From positions 17,709 to 81,708 of IMG/VR virus record IMGVR_UViG_3300042324_002009: a stretch of 64,000 nucleotides of DNA; one strand, 5' to 3'. The notes under the pieces were generated by a model. The model was not told the origin of the DNA. It saw only the letters and a list, made by a program, of their open reading frames with translations, and searched no databases. Below are positions 19,746 to 31,413 of this stretch, in pieces. The DNA comes from a virus. Position 1 is the first letter of the stretch. Every line of letters begins with the position of its first letter. The position numbers and the translations under genes were made by a program.

Positions 19746-21923
19746 ATGGCAGTTGCACCACTAATAAAACCAATACAAACTCAAAAAGGAATGTTTTATA
19801 CATTCCAGAGTTCTATTGAAGATTTAAGTTTAACCTTTAATAATAATACAAATAAGTTTAAATTTTCTAAATTTGCTCTATTGCGTATTCCAGAAATTGG
19901 AATCCCAACCTCTATGACAACTGATAATAAAAGTCAGTTTTTTGCACAAGGTGAAACTCCAATATTTTCAAATCTATCAAATAATGAAAATTTAAACCTA
20001 GCAAATAGTTTTCAAAACTATGCGCTTAATCTTGAAAGTCTATTAATTTCCCAAACTTCTTATAAAAGAGAAAAGAAATTAAATGTATCTGAGAGAGTAT
20101 TTTGGAAATGGTTAAAAGAAACCGGTGCAATTCGTTGGAGAGATTCAAATACTACTGAAGTTATTCAAACTTTACCAGTCGGTGACAGCCGTTGGAGTGA
20201 AGACTGGTATGATCCAACCTTAACTACGTATGACCGAGTTGTTAAATATATTGGCGAAATTGATGTAGTAAACTCAGTTCGTAGTAAAGATAATTCTTAT
20301 AGTGAATTGTATATCCATGTACCAACAAACGTAGGTGCAACTCCAACTGTGCTATTTCAGTCAAAACCTGATGAGAATTACGGACCTGATATGATTATTG
20401 TAAATACTCCAGGCGATCCACTTGATCTTGAATATCTTAATGGCAGACACTATAATGATACTCATCCATTTACTGGAATGAGCTTACAAGCTTTTTACGA
20501 TTTAGATGCAAATATAGTTGACAATTATATTTCAGATACACTAACAGTACAGCCAATTTCTACTGGATTTTGGTGGGGACCTCGCTCTGTTCAAAATGCA
20601 TATTATACAGATAGAGCAGAATATTTTGGAACACCATATGGTGGAGTACTAACGTCTGCGCCTAAACGTCAAAGAATTTTTAAAGACTACCCAGCCTCAT
20701 CTAGATCAGTTGAATATATCAGATCTACTCATGATGGTATGACTATTGACTTTAATTTATCAAATTACTTATTAGCTCAACAAAATACAAATATTAAATC
20801 ATTTGCTCAATTAAATGATAGTTATACAAACAGCGATTTTGAGTTTAACGCAATTCTTGTTTATTATGATGTATACGATCCATCACCAACCGCTGTTGCT
20901 GGTACTGAACCGGTTACTGTAACTAATTTGTATGGAGTTTACTTCTTAAATAAAGTAGTTCAAAGCGGTAGTGAACATATCATACCAATGATAACTAAGA
21001 ATAAGCCAGACACCATTAATAAAACAAATGGAAATGCTTTTGCTTTTAAGATAAACTTAAAATTTGATACATCAATTGAAGACGTAGCTGTTGAAAAATC
21101 AGTTAATGACTATAGCACAGTTGCTCTAGAATTATTTTATGATGTATTAACGGAAATGCGATCATTACAAACCAAATTTAATGATAAACTACTTGAACTT
21201 GAATCTTTAAAAACCGATGTTGATTTAGCAAAAGATGCGCTACTAAATACTACTTCGTTAACTAGTATTTCTACTAGACTTAGTAATCTTGAAACAACCG
21301 TTGCTGCCTCAACTTCTGCTTTTGCTGAAGCTACTTCAATAATGATGTTAATTGACAGTGTAAATAGTAGAATTGATGAACTATTAAGCGGTACGGTTTC
21401 ATTACAGATAAAATATAACACCGATTCATTTAAACCTGGATATGGTATGGTTTTAGATAAAACTATCCCAGGCCAAATTGTATTTGCCTCAGGCGTTCAA
21501 ACCTATTCAGTAATTAATGAAGTTGATTTTAGCGTTAATGTACAAGGAGAAAAATATGTAAACTTAGGAATTGGTGGAACCCAAATCCGTCATCTTAAAT
21601 TAAACGGCTCAGGTAATCCAATACCATTTACTCTTACTAGAAATTTAACTCTATTCATTGATGATTCTGTAAATTCATGGAAATTAGGTCAAACCTTAAG
21701 AATTGTTTGTGATTCGCAAATCATTCCGAGTACTTACACAATTACCGTAAAAACAGATTCACAAAATATAACAAATTCACTTTCGTCTTATAATACAATA
21801 ATTGCACAATTAAATGCGGCAGATTTTCCTACAACATATGGAAGAACTGGTACAACTATTATTGATATTATATGTACAAATGCTAAAACTTTAACGTTTA
21901 GCGTAGATAAAATAATAAGATAA
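19746..21923 (+). CDS. Putative structural (baseplate/tail) protein
   Basis: Long ORF in the structural operon with a central coiled coil (FNDKLLELESLK...ISTRLSNLE). Function inferred from context only. Confidence 0.6.
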   Translation: MAVAPLIKPIQTQKGMFYTFQSSIEDLSLTFNNNTNKFKFSKFALLRIPEIGIPTSMTTDNKSQFFAQGETPIFSNLSNNENLNLANSFQNYALNLESLLISQTSYKREKKLNVSERVFWKWLKETGAIRWRDSNTTEVIQTLPVGDSRWSEDWYDPTLTTYDRVVKYIGEIDVVNSVRSKDNSYSELYIHVPTNVGATPTVLFQSKPDENYGPDMIIVNTPGDPLDLEYLNGRHYNDTHPFTGMSLQAFYDLDANIVDNYISDTLTVQPISTGFWWGPRSVQNAYYTDRAEYFGTPYGGVLTSAPKRQRIFKDYPASSRSVEYIRSTHDGMTIDFNLSNYLLAQQNTNIKSFAQLNDSYTNSDFEFNAILVYYDVYDPSPTAVAGTEPVTVTNLYGVYFLNKVVQSGSEHIIPMITKNKPDTINKTNGNAFAFKINLKFDTSIEDVAVEKSVNDYSTVALELFYDVLTEMRSLQTKFNDKLLELESLKTDVDLAKDALLNTTSLTSISTRLSNLETTVAASTSAFAEATSIMMLIDSVNSRIDELLSGTVSLQIKYNTDSFKPGYGMVLDKTIPGQIVFASGVQTYSVINEVDFSVNVQGEKYVNLGIGGTQIRHLKLNGSGNPIPFTLTRNLTLFIDDSVNSWKLGQTLRIVCDSQIIPSTYTITVKTDSQNITNSLSSYNTIIAQLNAADFPTTYGRTGTTIIDIICTNAKTLTFSVDKIIR

Positions 21924-21927
21924 CTAA

Positions 21928-24900
21928 ATGGCAGCAGACAAATCATCATTAAGCGATTACTTAGCTGAGCTCGGTGTCGATATTAATAATCTTCAAGAAT
22001 TTTTACTTAAACTTTCTTTAATATTATCAACCAAGTCAGACTCGGTTACAATTAACCAAACTTTACAAGATGGGACAACCGCAAAGTATCTAGTACCATC
22101 ATTTGGTTACTTAAGCGGCCGTGTTAATAGCATAGAGCAAAAATTCAATGATTTATTAACAGGCAATGCTAATCAATTTGGCGTTAAAGATGCGGAAGGT
22201 AATTTAAAAACCTTTGAATTAAAAGACATATCCGCAGTTATTTCTGATTTAGAAAATGTTAGTAATTCTGGAGTTACGTTACCTGCAAACTTTAATTATA
22301 AAACAAACTGGTTTTTTGAATCATTTTTAAATCCATTACTCTATATTAATGTAGATACTTCTACAATTACAGCTGACTCAGATATTAATAAATTTGAGGT
22401 TAAACGACTAATTATTACAAGTAAAACTCAAGCTAATTTAGATTATTTTGATGCAACATATAAAGGCAAAAATGATTTAGTGTATGCAGATGTAATTAAA
22501 GATTTAGGTACTCGAATAATTGACTATTTTGAAGATGAATCTGAGGTTGAATTACCTCCATCTAAAAATACAGTTAGAGGAACCTTTGATATATTACAGG
22601 TTTTAGAAGATTCTTCAACTGAACTAATTGGTGGTCAAACCCTAAGTAATGCAATTCGTAGATATAAATTAAATACTCTAAGATACTCAACAATTTCAGG
22701 ATCAACTACGGTTGACAAATTGTTGGCTGAAGGAGACATATTGCTTGCATCAGATAATTCAGAATTTAAAGTTAAAACAATTGATGCCAATTCAAAAACC
22801 GTAATTTTATCGTTAATTTTTGGAACAGCAGGTTTAAAAAAAGGAGCTGCCGAGCTAAGAATAAAACCTCAATTAACTAAAGAATCAATTATTCAAGTAA
22901 ATTTAGGATATAATGAAAGAAACCTGATTTTCTTACGCCCAATTAGTAATAGGCTTTCAATAACAACTGATCAATACTCTAAAGGGTTTGGAATATTTAC
23001 TAATGAATTGAATATTACTATGAATAATGGTAATCAATTATCACTAACTGATTTTTATACAACATATGTTTCAGATTTTGGAATGCTTTTCCTAAGTTAT
23101 GCAAAAGAAAAAAAGCTTCCATCTTCGCTTGGCCAAATTCCAAATAGGGTAGCAATTTCAGCAGATAATTTTAAAGTTATTCAAACTGACCAACATATTC
23201 AAGATGCCGATAATACATTAGCCATCAAACAAAAGATTTCAGCAAAGGAACAAGCGGTTGCTCAAATTAGAGAAATCGATACTCAAATTTCGGCAGCTAG
23301 AGCTAACTTAAACACAAATGCGTCTTTAAATGAATCACAAAGGTTAAAGTTACAAAAAGATTTATCAACATTTTCTGATACAAGAGCAACGCTAACTAAT
23401 ACTCAACAGAGTTTAATTTCAGATATTACAACTTCGATTAAATCAACTCCAAGTTTTATAACTAATCCAAGCTATAGAGTTAGAGGTTTTTGGGCAATCC
23501 CAGAGCCGCTTAGTAGTGCTTATGGAGTTCAACAAGTTGCTCAATTTAAAATAGCATATCGTACACTAAGTAAAACTGGTAATTCAAAAACAGCTGATCA
23601 ATTAGAATTTGTTGATGCGGCTGGTAATAGAGTAACTGGAGCATTTTCTCCATGGACTGAATATTTATCAAAAGCTAGAACTAAGACATTAAATCCATTA
23701 ACTGGATTCTATGAATGGGCCGATGAAAATATTTCGGATCCAAATCAAGTTAATGCAAACCAATTAGATATTCCAATTAAAAAAGGCGAAGTTATTGAAA
23801 TCAGAATAAAAAGTTTGTCTGAAGCTGGTTGGCCTGATTCTCCAGTTGAATCTGACTGGTCTGATACTATTTTAATAGAATTTCCAGCTGGTATTGAAAC
23901 TGCTGAAGACGCAACTATTGTTTCTCAACAAGCCTTTGCCGACGAAACCAGAATAAATTTCCAATCTGAGTTAAATGCAAAAGGTTTAGATATTCACTTA
24001 AGTTCTGCATTCACTACTCGTGATAAATATTTTGCTCATAAATCTGAAGATATTGCAAGCGGCTTTTTTGCTAGTGATGGAAGCGTAGTTGATCTTTATA
24101 CAAAGGTCAAAAGTATTTCAGATTCAATTAGTGCTGTACAAACATCTTTATCAACTGGAGCAGGCGCTCTATCTGTAAGTATTGTAGACCAATCTGGAAA
24201 TCAACAAACTATTACTAATGGCCAATCATTGGAATTATTTGCTGGATATTATAAAGATTTAATTAAAGATACTAGCGTTGTCCCAGTAGTATATAATCAC
24301 GGTAGAGTATTAGCAACTCAATACCTAATTCAATTACAAAACACTTCGCAAACTCCACTACAATTAATTTCTACACTAAATGGAGGACTTGCTGAAATTG
24401 CACCATCTACTAATGCCTATACTAATCCAGCGGTTAATTACCATGCCAATTTAAGATATGATAGGGCTCCATTAGTTATCAATAACTCAGTTAGCTCAAG
24501 TATTGGTGGATTTGTACAGAAAGACGGGTATCAATCGTCTCAAGTTAGGAGTCAATATATTTACGCAAGATACAAAAGTGTAACTTTAGCAAATTTCCTA
24601 TATTCTGGAGATAAACAAGGCGGTAGTGCTGGTACACCAAGTACTTATGGAGATGGAGATTTTGCAGGCGTTGTATATTCAGCATCAACTTCCAACTATA
24701 CGTATGCTGGTATAACTATCGGTTCTACTAAAGTTCCATATTCGTCTGGTCATTATTTACCATTTAATCCAACCACTGCAACTCCGCTATATACTGGAGC
24801 GGCTGTTACTAATACAAATATTTGGAATGGTGTAGTTACATCAAATGTCCCAGAAGGTGGAGGCCAAGTTAGTGAATTTTGTATTCATAAAAGCCATCCA

Positions 24901-25563
24901 AGCATTATTGCTGGTGGATCAGCAAATATTACTTGGAATAACTCAACCTATAATGTGTCTAGACCAACATATTCAGTTGCCGAGACAATTCAAAAATATT
25001 TACCATTTAGTCATGCAATTCATTTTGAAACAACTGAGGCTGAATCTCAAAATGTTTTTGGAGCAAATTATTATGAGCAAGCAGTTTATGTAAAACCAGC
25101 TTCCGTAATCTTAGGCACGACTGCAGTTAATATGAGAGAAAATCAATATCCTATTAAAATGGGATTTGTAAATAGCGATGAATGGTTAGTTGGAAAATAT
25201 ACATGTGGAGCATATTTGTATATTGCACCACAGTCGCATACTACTATTTCAGTAGACGGCCTTAGCCCAGCCGGCTCTCAAAAAATGTTAGACTTTGGCG
25301 CTGAATCCGCTATTAAAATTCCGCTAATTTTTCAATTTAGAGCATCTGATAAATTAGGATATGTCGGCGGATGGAGATCAGCCGTTCCTGCTGGATTAAA
25401 AAACGTAAGATACGCTAAGAAATTAGGTATTGATATTTACTCATTAAATTCAGTATTCTCATTTGATGTTTTAGTTAGAACTCAATACGAAAAAGAAACT
25501 GCAGTTGTTACTCCAGTTAGCGCTCTAGCAGTTTCATCAACTGGTATTGGTGCTTCTGCTTAA
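21928..25563 (+). CDS. Putative structural (baseplate/tail) protein, 1211 aa
   Basis: Coiled coil followed by an FN3-like segment (IEIRIKSLSEAGWPDSPVESDWS). Tightly packed operon. Confidence 0.6.
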   Translation: MAADKSSLSDYLAELGVDINNLQEFLLKLSLILSTKSDSVTINQTLQDGTTAKYLVPSFGYLSGRVNSIEQKFNDLLTGNANQFGVKDAEGNLKTFELKDISAVISDLENVSNSGVTLPANFNYKTNWFFESFLNPLLYINVDTSTITADSDINKFEVKRLIITSKTQANLDYFDATYKGKNDLVYADVIKDLGTRIIDYFEDESEVELPPSKNTVRGTFDILQVLEDSSTELIGGQTLSNAIRRYKLNTLRYSTISGSTTVDKLLAEGDILLASDNSEFKVKTIDANSKTVILSLIFGTAGLKKGAAELRIKPQLTKESIIQVNLGYNERNLIFLRPISNRLSITTDQYSKGFGIFTNELNITMNNGNQLSLTDFYTTYVSDFGMLFLSYAKEKKLPSSLGQIPNRVAISADNFKVIQTDQHIQDADNTLAIKQKISAKEQAVAQIREIDTQISAARANLNTNASLNESQRLKLQKDLSTFSDTRATLTNTQQSLISDITTSIKSTPSFITNPSYRVRGFWAIPEPLSSAYGVQQVAQFKIAYRTLSKTGNSKTADQLEFVDAAGNRVTGAFSPWTEYLSKARTKTLNPLTGFYEWADENISDPNQVNANQLDIPIKKGEVIEIRIKSLSEAGWPDSPVESDWSDTILIEFPAGIETAEDATIVSQQAFADETRINFQSELNAKGLDIHLSSAFTTRDKYFAHKSEDIASGFFASDGSVVDLYTKVKSISDSISAVQTSLSTGAGALSVSIVDQSGNQQTITNGQSLELFAGYYKDLIKDTSVVPVVYNHGRVLATQYLIQLQNTSQTPLQLISTLNGGLAEIAPSTNAYTNPAVNYHANLRYDRAPLVINNSVSSSIGGFVQKDGYQSSQVRSQYIYARYKSVTLANFLYSGDKQGGSAGTPSTYGDGDFAGVVYSASTSNYTYAGITIGSTKVPYSSGHYLPFNPTTATPLYTGAAVTNTNIWNGVVTSNVPEGGGQVSEFCIHKSHPSIIAGGSANITWNNSTYNVSRPTYSVAETIQKYLPFSHAIHFETTEAESQNVFGANYYEQAVYVKPASVILGTTAVNMRENQYPIKMGFVNSDEWLVGKYTCGAYLYIAPQSHTTISVDGLSPAGSQKMLDFGAESAIKIPLIFQFRASDKLGYVGGWRSAVPAGLKNVRYAKKLGIDIYSLNSVFSFDVLVRTQYEKETAVVTPVSALAVSSTGIGASA

Positions 25564-25578
25564 AATAAAAACTAAATA

Positions 25579-28500
25579 GTGATAGATCAAAATTTAACAT
25601 ATACCCGAATTGCTGAAAGAAATGTTAGTTTTCAATTACTTAGAACTAACCCAAAATTAACAACTAATATAAAATTAACAGTTGATTCAGGTGGTGATTT
25701 ATGGCTTAACTCAATTAATGCAAATTCTCAATTATCTAGCCAAAAATATAAGAGATTTGCAATTTCTGAAACTTCTAATCATGAAGTTAACTTATACCGA
25801 TTTTATGATAATGGAAAAACCCCAACCTCAATTTCATATCAGTTAGGCTCAACTATTGGATTAAATGCAATTGCGAAAGATTTAAAAGATCAATATGATT
25901 TTGATCTATATACAAGTGGAGCTAAATATTTAACGGATAAGCAATATTCTGAGAAATTTACATATTTTGCACCAATTTATTTAGATAAAGTACTACCTGA
26001 AAAATTTGTAATTTTTAAAATACCTGGAGCTTCCAATTATACAGCTGGCGCAGGAAGAGAACTTTACAATAATGGAACTGGTTCAACTCAAAAATTTGCA
26101 ACTGACTTATTTACAAATGCCGAAGTTATAAAGGTATTTGACCTAAGTGAATCTTCTAAACTTGGAAAATACATACACAATATTTCAAAAAATCCAATGT
26201 TTACCCAAAATCCACTTTATGTTAATTATAAAGATGGTGGATATTCAATTTATAGAGGAGCTTCAATTTCTTCAGGTACCTATGTTGAATTACCTGAATT
26301 AATTAGTAGTGTACTAAGCCGATCATTACCTTTATTAAAAGTTGAACAATTTGTAACATTAGGTTTTGAAAGAAATAATATAGTTCATCCAAAAATTTTA
26401 AATTTAGAATTTTTATTTGACGACATTACTGCAAACCCATATGAGTTTAACCGATATTTTGGAGTTTATTGCAACGATATTGATCTTGAAACTTTTGAAT
26501 TTGATTTAGCTAAAATGTATGAATTAAGCTTATCTGAAAATACTGCAGATAATGATCAAACATTTTCAACTAATTTTACACAATCTGATGATATTTCATT
26601 TACTTTAACTAACTCAACTGGTGTTAAATTACGCGGCTATGGATTATCAAAAAATTTATCAGATATTTATTATAATCGCACAAGTACAAATACTTTATTT
26701 TTTCCATATTTAAAAACTAAAAATAATCAAATACATTTAATTAAACCACTATCTTGGAATCAAACAGATACCTTAGTTGATTTTCAATTAGATGATAACC
26801 AATTTGATTTAGGCTTAGCATTTGGGCCAACTGACCTAATTACTCAAGAAACTGCTGAATTATCAAAATTAGATACTAAAGCTACAATTCTTATTCAAGT
26901 CTTTAATACTCCGCAACACCTAGATAAGCTACGAATATATCATCCAAGCGGATCAATGTTTAGTATAACTGATAGTGGCGGCAAATATGATGAACTTGTT
27001 TTTGTATCTGGCTATTTTGTAGATAACGAAAGTTATTCATTATCATATTTATCAAGTGGTGAATCTGTAATATACGTTAATGCAGATAAAGATTTAGAAC
27101 AAATTGCTCAAGCAATTGTTGATATTGCAAGTGACTTTAAAGATTCCTCAATTACTGGGATACGAATGAATAATCATGCATTTATTCAAACTCAAAGTTA
27201 TGGAAATACTTTTGGTTCATTAAAAGTTAGATCGTTAGAAGCTGTCTCAATTCTTCCTAAGTTTAAAATAAACGATAAAGTTACCGGTGATTTAGTTTTT
27301 GCAGATGGCGGATTTTTAAATAGGCCTCATCCAATTATTGCATTAGGTAATGCAACTAAATTAGCTAATCAATTAGATAATATTGTAGTGAAAACAAATC
27401 AAAATTGGTCAAAAATTAGCCGAATTTGTAATTTAGCAGACCCGATTAAAACCGGCCTTTCATTAACTGACCAACTCACCGCAATTACTGATTTTAAAAC
27501 AAAAGCCTCAATTCAATTAGTCGATAATGAGACAATTAGATTTGATCATGGTAAAATTGAAATAAGAAAAAATTTCAAACCTTCAATTGGAGTATTATCT
27601 ATATTTGAAACAATGGATTTTAATTTCTCAACATATACTAGTGACTATTCTAGAAATTTATTATTGGACATTTATAAAGATTTTTTTATTCCAGAAAATA
27701 CACTATTGTTAGATTTTACTAAGTATACATATCAATTAGTTGGTGATGGTACTGTTAATATAAACGGAATAGACTATTCAGATTCAGCTACTTTAATTTG
27801 GCAAAATACTTCAACTATATCCAAATATAATGTTAGGTCAAATGGGCCTAGTGGAAAACCTATTTTGATATATGGTTTAAAATTACCAGCCTCGTCTTCT
27901 ACCAGCAGTAATAGATTAGATATTCCATATTTTGATGAATCGCAAGATGCTTTAAATTATATTGGCCCATTTTCAATAAAGGCAGATCATGTTGCAATTG
28001 ACCCAACTTTACCAACCTACTCATATCGAGACAAGTTTTTACAAAGTAACTTATCTAGTGAGTATCATGCATATTTAGAAAATTATACAACTGATTTTGC
28101 AATAGACGGTCGCGTAATTCCGTATATTACCAAATGGGGAATTACTGACTCAACTGATGTTAGAGATAACTCATATCGACTAAATTCAGATATTCTTTTT
28201 GGAAAGGATAATTTTGGGCCATCTCATAGAGAGACCTCGGCTACTCCTGAAAAGCTAACGCATGAATGGTTTTATATTGAATCTGATTTTGGTTATACCA
28301 AAGATATTTCACTAGCTAGAAATAATTTTTACTATTTTGATCAACCTTTAATAATTAATGAATTAATTAATTCGGATACATATTTTAATAATTACTTTAC
28401 ATATCTTCCAACAATTGATGGACAGTATAATTCTATCAATAACTTAGAATACTCATCAACTGATAATATTCAAGTAGGACGACCTCAATATCGATATTCA

Positions 28501-31413
28501 TTATTATCTAAAAACGAATTTAGTAAACAATATGAAACTGTTTTTAAAGGTTCGCTATTTAGATTTTATGAATTATCTACTAGCCAAACACCAGTTTTAA
28601 ATTCAACCCGATTTGAAGATTACAAATTCACAGTATTACTAAAACCAATTAAAGAAGAACCAAATTTAGTTAAACAGCCAGTTAAATATAGAGTAATTGA
28701 AAACACCAATTCCAAATCAATAACCGTATTAATTGAATTAGCGCTAGGATATAAGTCACAACTTAATAATTCAATATTTTTAGAAGGTTGGATTAACGGA
28801 AGTGAAAGTGCAATTAGTCAATCTACTTTATTTAGCGGTTCGCTTAAATCAGAACCACTTACTTATAATATTGACGTAGATAGCACGGCAATTTCTTTAG
28901 CCACTTACCAAAATCAAATCTCTGGGCTTTCACTAGTTCCAGGATTAGAATTAGGTCAAACTATTCATATTACATATATTGAACCTGTAACTAATCGTAC
29001 CCTATCAACCATTATTGCAACGCCTGGGTCAGATGTATATAATGCAATTCAATTAGAAAAAATTGCGTCTGGAGATAAATTGGGACCTAGAGTATATGCA
29101 AAAGTTCAAAAAAATGCGTCAATGATTTTATCAACAGGTTCATATAGTTGCTCTACTATTACTGCCTATTTTGAAGATATTTGGGAAAATGGAAATCCTG
29201 ATTTACCAATAAGTTCTGGTCAAATTTATGAACAAACAAATTATGCACCAGTTATTCCAGGACCTCCTTCTGCCGCTGAGTTTAATTCAAGCACAACTAA
29301 TTTAATAATTAGCAATACCTCAATGACCGATCCAAGTAATCAGTACTTTAGTGATTCGATTGGATCTGATCAATCTTCAAAGCTTGATAAATTATTTAGC
29401 ACAGCAGCCCTTCCAAGATTTAGTTTAGCTACCAGAACCGGTGGGTATTATGAAATATTCTTTAATATAGTTTCACAAAATACTCCAGCTGACGCTAATA
29501 CTTATGATATTAATGTAGTACATTCATCTGGTATCCTTAGCTCAGCTCCAGGTTCGCCTGCGTATGAGGAGCCTTTAATATTTAAAGCGGACTGGTTTAT
29601 TCCAGAATATACTGATTCAAATTCTCTTGCCGCTGCTAATTTTACCGTTGAAAATTCGGTAGCATATTATGATTCAATGCTTGGTGATTATCGAATAGAA
29701 TTTAATGAAAACTCTGTGTCAAACCTAACTCACTCATTTTTATATTATGCAAAGAGTAAAAAATATAATAATAAAATAGATGCATATTCTACAATTAAAT
29801 TATCTAGAGGAGTTAATTTATCAAGTAGCGGAATTTATGTAAATTTATCACTGATACCTGAATATGCTGAAACCTTACCGCTAATTGGACTTGAATCTTA
29901 TGATACTTCAGCTGATTCTGAAATTAATCAAATTAGTACAGGTTTTGCACCATTGTATATTATTAAACCTGGAGAAAAAAGTATATTAGTACAAAGAGCT
30001 ATTGGCGCGCCATTAACAGTAGATGCCTTATCATCAAGCTCTTACAATGATGGAATTTCTGGAGCATTTCAAAATGTTATTAATTTTATTGGATTCGGCC
30101 CAGCCTTATCATTAGTTAATCCGTTACCTAATGCATTAGGCGATATTCCAAGTTTTACATATACTGAACAAAGTTTACCAAGCGGAATTACCTTAGATTG
30201 GATTGATAATGCAAATCAATTTCAAATATTTGGAGGTATTAATTATTTTCAAAAAGTATTTGAAAATTTATCATTTGCAAAATTCTTTCAATTACTTGAT
30301 AAAAACCAGGATGCAATAAGTTGGGAATCATATACTAATGGCATTCTAACTAATTATAAAACACTATCTATTGAAATACTTGATGCCGATACCATTAGTA
30401 AATCAACAGTTATTAGTATTACACCAGATCAAGTAACAGAAGGCCGTATTAATACAACCGCTGGTTATTCATTAACTGAACGACCTTCTAAACCGTATGA
30501 AGTTAACCGATATTCTGCAGAATATGAAATAATTACAAAACCAGTTGCCGGTTTTAAATATAATTTTTCAATAAATTCAAATAGCTTACCTGGAGCAAAT
30601 ATTTGTTTTAACCCAGAAGTTGATAATTTCTTTATTATTCCAGATTTTGAATATGTTAAATACTCAACACAAAATATTCTATCCCTTGAAAATAGTCAAA
30701 ATTATTCAGCCGTTTATCCATTAATTAATGAGACCCCAATTTCTCGTACAAACTTTAATAGTTTAGCATCAAGTTGGGATTATAATTATCATTTTGAATC
30801 ATTAAATAAGAGTGAATCGACTGGTGTTGCTGGCAGTAAAAGAGTTGTTGAAGACTATTCGTTTATTTCAAAATTAATAAATCTGCCAAATGAATTTTTA
30901 ATTGAAGATTTTACATCAATTGAACTTACTCAAAGCCTCTTCAATATCTCACAAGCTGCTGAAGCTGATATTGTATACGCTAATTATCCAGAACAAGTTA
31001 AATTTAAAATTAACACAGCCTCTTTAATTACTAAACACTTATCAAATAACGGATTACGTTCAGAATTCCAAAAGTTTTTTAAATATGAGGACGGTTCTCA
31101 AATTAGCCTAGACTCTGACTTTTTAGGAGAATTAACCTTTGAAGAGTTTCTTTCTCAATACTGCCTACTTAATTTAATTAAATTATATAGAGTAGACAAT
31201 TTTGAATTCTATGAATTGGATGATAGAACGATTCAGGGTAACTTAGTTGAATTTAATCAGGTCAGTTACAATTCACTTAATAACTTAGGTTATGACTTAA
31301 TCAAGAATATTAGAATAAATAATACCAAATCAAGAGTAGTAGAGGGTTCTATCCTATTAAAACCTAATACTGGAGTTAAATTGGTTCCAAAAATAAAAAT
31401 TAAATTCATTTAA
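25579..31413 (+). CDS. Large putative structural protein, 1944 aa
   Basis: Uninterrupted ORF with a GTG start. The stop overlaps the next ATG (TAATG). Function inferred from context only. Confidence 0.65.
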   Translation: MIDQNLTYTRIAERNVSFQLLRTNPKLTTNIKLTVDSGGDLWLNSINANSQLSSQKYKRFAISETSNHEVNLYRFYDNGKTPTSISYQLGSTIGLNAIAKDLKDQYDFDLYTSGAKYLTDKQYSEKFTYFAPIYLDKVLPEKFVIFKIPGASNYTAGAGRELYNNGTGSTQKFATDLFTNAEVIKVFDLSESSKLGKYIHNISKNPMFTQNPLYVNYKDGGYSIYRGASISSGTYVELPELISSVLSRSLPLLKVEQFVTLGFERNNIVHPKILNLEFLFDDITANPYEFNRYFGVYCNDIDLETFEFDLAKMYELSLSENTADNDQTFSTNFTQSDDISFTLTNSTGVKLRGYGLSKNLSDIYYNRTSTNTLFFPYLKTKNNQIHLIKPLSWNQTDTLVDFQLDDNQFDLGLAFGPTDLITQETAELSKLDTKATILIQVFNTPQHLDKLRIYHPSGSMFSITDSGGKYDELVFVSGYFVDNESYSLSYLSSGESVIYVNADKDLEQIAQAIVDIASDFKDSSITGIRMNNHAFIQTQSYGNTFGSLKVRSLEAVSILPKFKINDKVTGDLVFADGGFLNRPHPIIALGNATKLANQLDNIVVKTNQNWSKISRICNLADPIKTGLSLTDQLTAITDFKTKASIQLVDNETIRFDHGKIEIRKNFKPSIGVLSIFETMDFNFSTYTSDYSRNLLLDIYKDFFIPENTLLLDFTKYTYQLVGDGTVNINGIDYSDSATLIWQNTSTISKYNVRSNGPSGKPILIYGLKLPASSSTSSNRLDIPYFDESQDALNYIGPFSIKADHVAIDPTLPTYSYRDKFLQSNLSSEYHAYLENYTTDFAIDGRVIPYITKWGITDSTDVRDNSYRLNSDILFGKDNFGPSHRETSATPEKLTHEWFYIESDFGYTKDISLARNNFYYFDQPLIINELINSDTYFNNYFTYLPTIDGQYNSINNLEYSSTDNIQVGRPQYRYSLLSKNEFSKQYETVFKGSLFRFYELSTSQTPVLNSTRFEDYKFTVLLKPIKEEPNLVKQPVKYRVIENTNSKSITVLIELALGYKSQLNNSIFLEGWINGSESAISQSTLFSGSLKSEPLTYNIDVDSTAISLATYQNQISGLSLVPGLELGQTIHITYIEPVTNRTLSTIIATPGSDVYNAIQLEKIASGDKLGPRVYAKVQKNASMILSTGSYSCSTITAYFEDIWENGNPDLPISSGQIYEQTNYAPVIPGPPSAAEFNSSTTNLIISNTSMTDPSNQYFSDSIGSDQSSKLDKLFSTAALPRFSLATRTGGYYEIFFNIVSQNTPADANTYDINVVHSSGILSSAPGSPAYEEPLIFKADWFIPEYTDSNSLAAANFTVENSVAYYDSMLGDYRIEFNENSVSNLTHSFLYYAKSKKYNNKIDAYSTIKLSRGVNLSSSGIYVNLSLIPEYAETLPLIGLESYDTSADSEINQISTGFAPLYIIKPGEKSILVQRAIGAPLTVDALSSSSYNDGISGAFQNVINFIGFGPALSLVNPLPNALGDIPSFTYTEQSLPSGITLDWIDNANQFQIFGGINYFQKVFENLSFAKFFQLLDKNQDAISWESYTNGILTNYKTLSIEILDADTISKSTVISITPDQVTEGRINTTAGYSLTERPSKPYEVNRYSAEYEIITKPVAGFKYNFSINSNSLPGANICFNPEVDNFFIIPDFEYVKYSTQNILSLENSQNYSAVYPLINETPISRTNFNSLASSWDYNYHFESLNKSESTGVAGSKRVVEDYSFISKLINLPNEFLIEDFTSIELTQSLFNISQAAEADIVYANYPEQVKFKINTASLITKHLSNNGLRSEFQKFFKYEDGSQISLDSDFLGELTFEEFLSQYCLLNLIKLYRVDNFEFYELDDRTIQGNLVEFNQVSYNSLNNLGYDLIKNIRINNTKSRVVEGSILLKPNTGVKLVPKIKIKFI